Source: Protoeuglena noctilucae (Eukaryota). From it: DNA of 64,000 nt. Shown one piece after another: positions 62,228 to 64,000 of the stretch. Location: contig OY253669.1 of NCBI GenBank assembly GCA_958009085.1, positions 1,054,001-1,118,000 on the forward strand. The letters are read 5' to 3'. How positions within the stretch are numbered: position 1 is the first letter of the stretch; each line of letters starts with the position of its first letter. The position numbers and the translations under genes were made by a program. The notes beneath the pieces were generated by a model. It was not told the DNA's origin, made no database searches, and worked only from the letters and a program-made list of their open reading frames with translations.

Positions 62228-64000
62228 ATGTCCAAGCGTGCAATCGACAGTTCGTCCGAGCCGCGGGGAATCCAGGAAGGCGAGGGTCTGCAGCGCCCAG
62301 GGGATCCGTTGCGCCTCGCCTCCCCGGCCCCGTGTCTTGTATTGCCTTGCTATGGCGTGCCTGTGGCGGCGGGCTCCCTGGCCCCGCGGGGACGCGGAAG
62401 GCGCTCCCTTCCGAGGCACGGCAAGGGACCCCTCCCCGCGCTCCCTGCGTTTGGCGGGCCGAGGCACGCCTGGCACCCCTAGATTCGACGACTCGTGTGC
62501 TTGGGAGCGTGCCCGGGATCGGCCAGCCCGGCCCAGGGGCGCAGATCCAGCGGGCCCACCGTGCGCAGCGCGTGCTCCGGACATGCGCGGCCAGCGCGCA
62601 CCTGCGGGCCTCGGGCTCGCCCCCGCGACGGCCGAACTGCGTGGCGCCGGAGTGGCCGGGGCTAGCTCGGGGCTCCGATCGCTGGGCGTGGTCTTTGCGC
62701 GCAGTGAAGCGTGTGAAGGGCGACAAGATGGCAGCCGGGGCGAAGGGCGCCACGAACGGCGCAGATGCGCACATCGATGAGGATCTGCACTCCCGGCAGC
62801 TCGCCGTGTACGGCCGGGAGTCGATGGCGAGAATGGCGCAGGCGAAGGTCCTCATCTCCGGCATGCGGGGCCTGGGCGCCGAGATTGCGAAGAACGTCAT
62901 CCTCGCGGGCGTCAAGGCCGTCACCCTGCACGATGCGGACGCGGTGGAGGTCGCCGACCTGTCGGGTGGGCGCTGTTCTGTGGTGCCCGCCTCGCTGCGG
63001 AGGGCGCCATTGACGGTGCCTTCCCTTGACTCGCCGCCCCCCGCCCCTGCAGCGCACTTCTACCTGCACGAGGACGACGTGGGCAAGAACCGCGCCGAGG
63101 CCTGCCGCGACCGCATGCAGGAGCTGAACCCGAGCGTCACGGTCACCGCGTCGTCCTCGCCCCTCAACGACGGCCTCATCTCCCAGCACTCCGGTGAGGC
63201 GCAGCTGTAGGTGCAGAGCGAGCGTCGGGGTGGATAAGGGCGTGGGTCTGTGGTGCCGGCTGACTCCTCTCCCTGGGAGGAGCGGTTTTTGCCACACCGC
63301 CCGGACCACCCAACCCTGGGCCCATCCCGCTGGCTCAAGGGTGCCGTGCGACGTGCTGCAACCCCCCTCCGCAGTGGTGGTGGTGACGGAGACGGACTAC
63401 GAGTCGAGCGTCGCGGTGGACGAGGCGTGTCGCCGTGCCGGGGTCGCGTTTGTGCGCGCCGACATCCGCGGGGTGTTCGGGCAGATCTTCTGCGACTTTG
63501 GGGACCAGTTCGTCGTCACGGACGTCGACGGCGAGGTGCGGGACGAGTTGCACCTGGTTATAGGGCCGTCACGCTGGCTTCAGGCAGGGTCGACCCAGGT
63601 CGAGACGCCCTTTGCTCTGTGCCCCGCCGCAGAACCCTCGCACGGGCATCGTGGCTGGGATCGAGAGCGGCCACCCCACGATGGTCTGCTGCATCGAGGA
63701 CGAGCGCATTGAGTTCCAGGAGGGCGACATCGTGGAGCTGTCCGAGGTGCGATGGGGCGTAGGGCGTGGCAGACATTGATCCTAGGCCTGGCTCGTTGCC
63801 ACAGATGATATGACACAATCACAGATAGAGGCAAAAGGTGCATGTAACAAGAAGCACTTAAGATTGTGCAGATGGCACCACACAGCATCACATCACCCCA
63901 CAGCGTCGTCACCCCACACTGTCACCCCCACGGTCCCACCACCGCCCCGCAGGTGAAGGGCATGGAGGAGCTGAACGGCGTGCAGGTCCGCGTGCTCTCG
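62228..64000 (+). CDS. UBA1: Ubiquitin-activating enzyme E1, 3'-partial
   Basis: IDEDLHSRQLAVYGRE, GMRGLGAEIAKNVILAGVKAVTLHD, GVFGQIFCDFG and EVKGMEELNG. The upstream exon 62228-62279 is inferred, and a second ATG lies at 62728. Confidence 0.95.

Noticed and set aside
1..64000. Hundreds of long overlapping or antisense ORFs in the ORF track
   Set aside because: These are expected at this GC content. They are R/P/A/G-rich shadows of real exons.
19415..64000. Functional gene cluster (VPS28, ATG5 and UBA1, or the two sugar transporters)
   Set aside because: The genes are dispersed among unrelated housekeeping genes with no pathway coherence.

Overview
This window is gene-dense, very GC-rich eukaryotic nuclear DNA with many short spliceosomal introns. 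It is almost certainly a flagellated green alga, given a plastid-type omega-3 desaturase, SnRK2, a PALE CRESS-like protein, MenB with PTS2, and kinesin-II FLA8. I reconstructed about 23 spliced protein-coding genes by hand: an ENGase-like C-terminus with a QT repeat array (5' partial), MATE, Tweety/prominin-like, FAD7, FLA8, VPS28, NDUFAF6, MenB, ATG5, SAM-ankyrin, SnRK2, two nucleotide-sugar transporters, PAN+L-domain, an MBOAT acyltransferase, TPR/NUA, mL54, PAC-like, eIF4B-like, UBA1 (3' partial) and three orphans. I see no prokaryotic systems, CRISPR array, rRNA or convincing tRNA. The most unusual signal is the splicing system. About a third of the introns I could delimit use GC donors (AG|GCGAGG), several of those donors sit in a recurrent AGGCG-N4/5-CGCCT hairpin, and the long introns at 40-49 kb contain duplicated splice sites and G-rich 5'/C-rich 3' complementary halves. 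All gene models and family calls come from reading the sequence and recalled motifs, with no database or RNA evidence.
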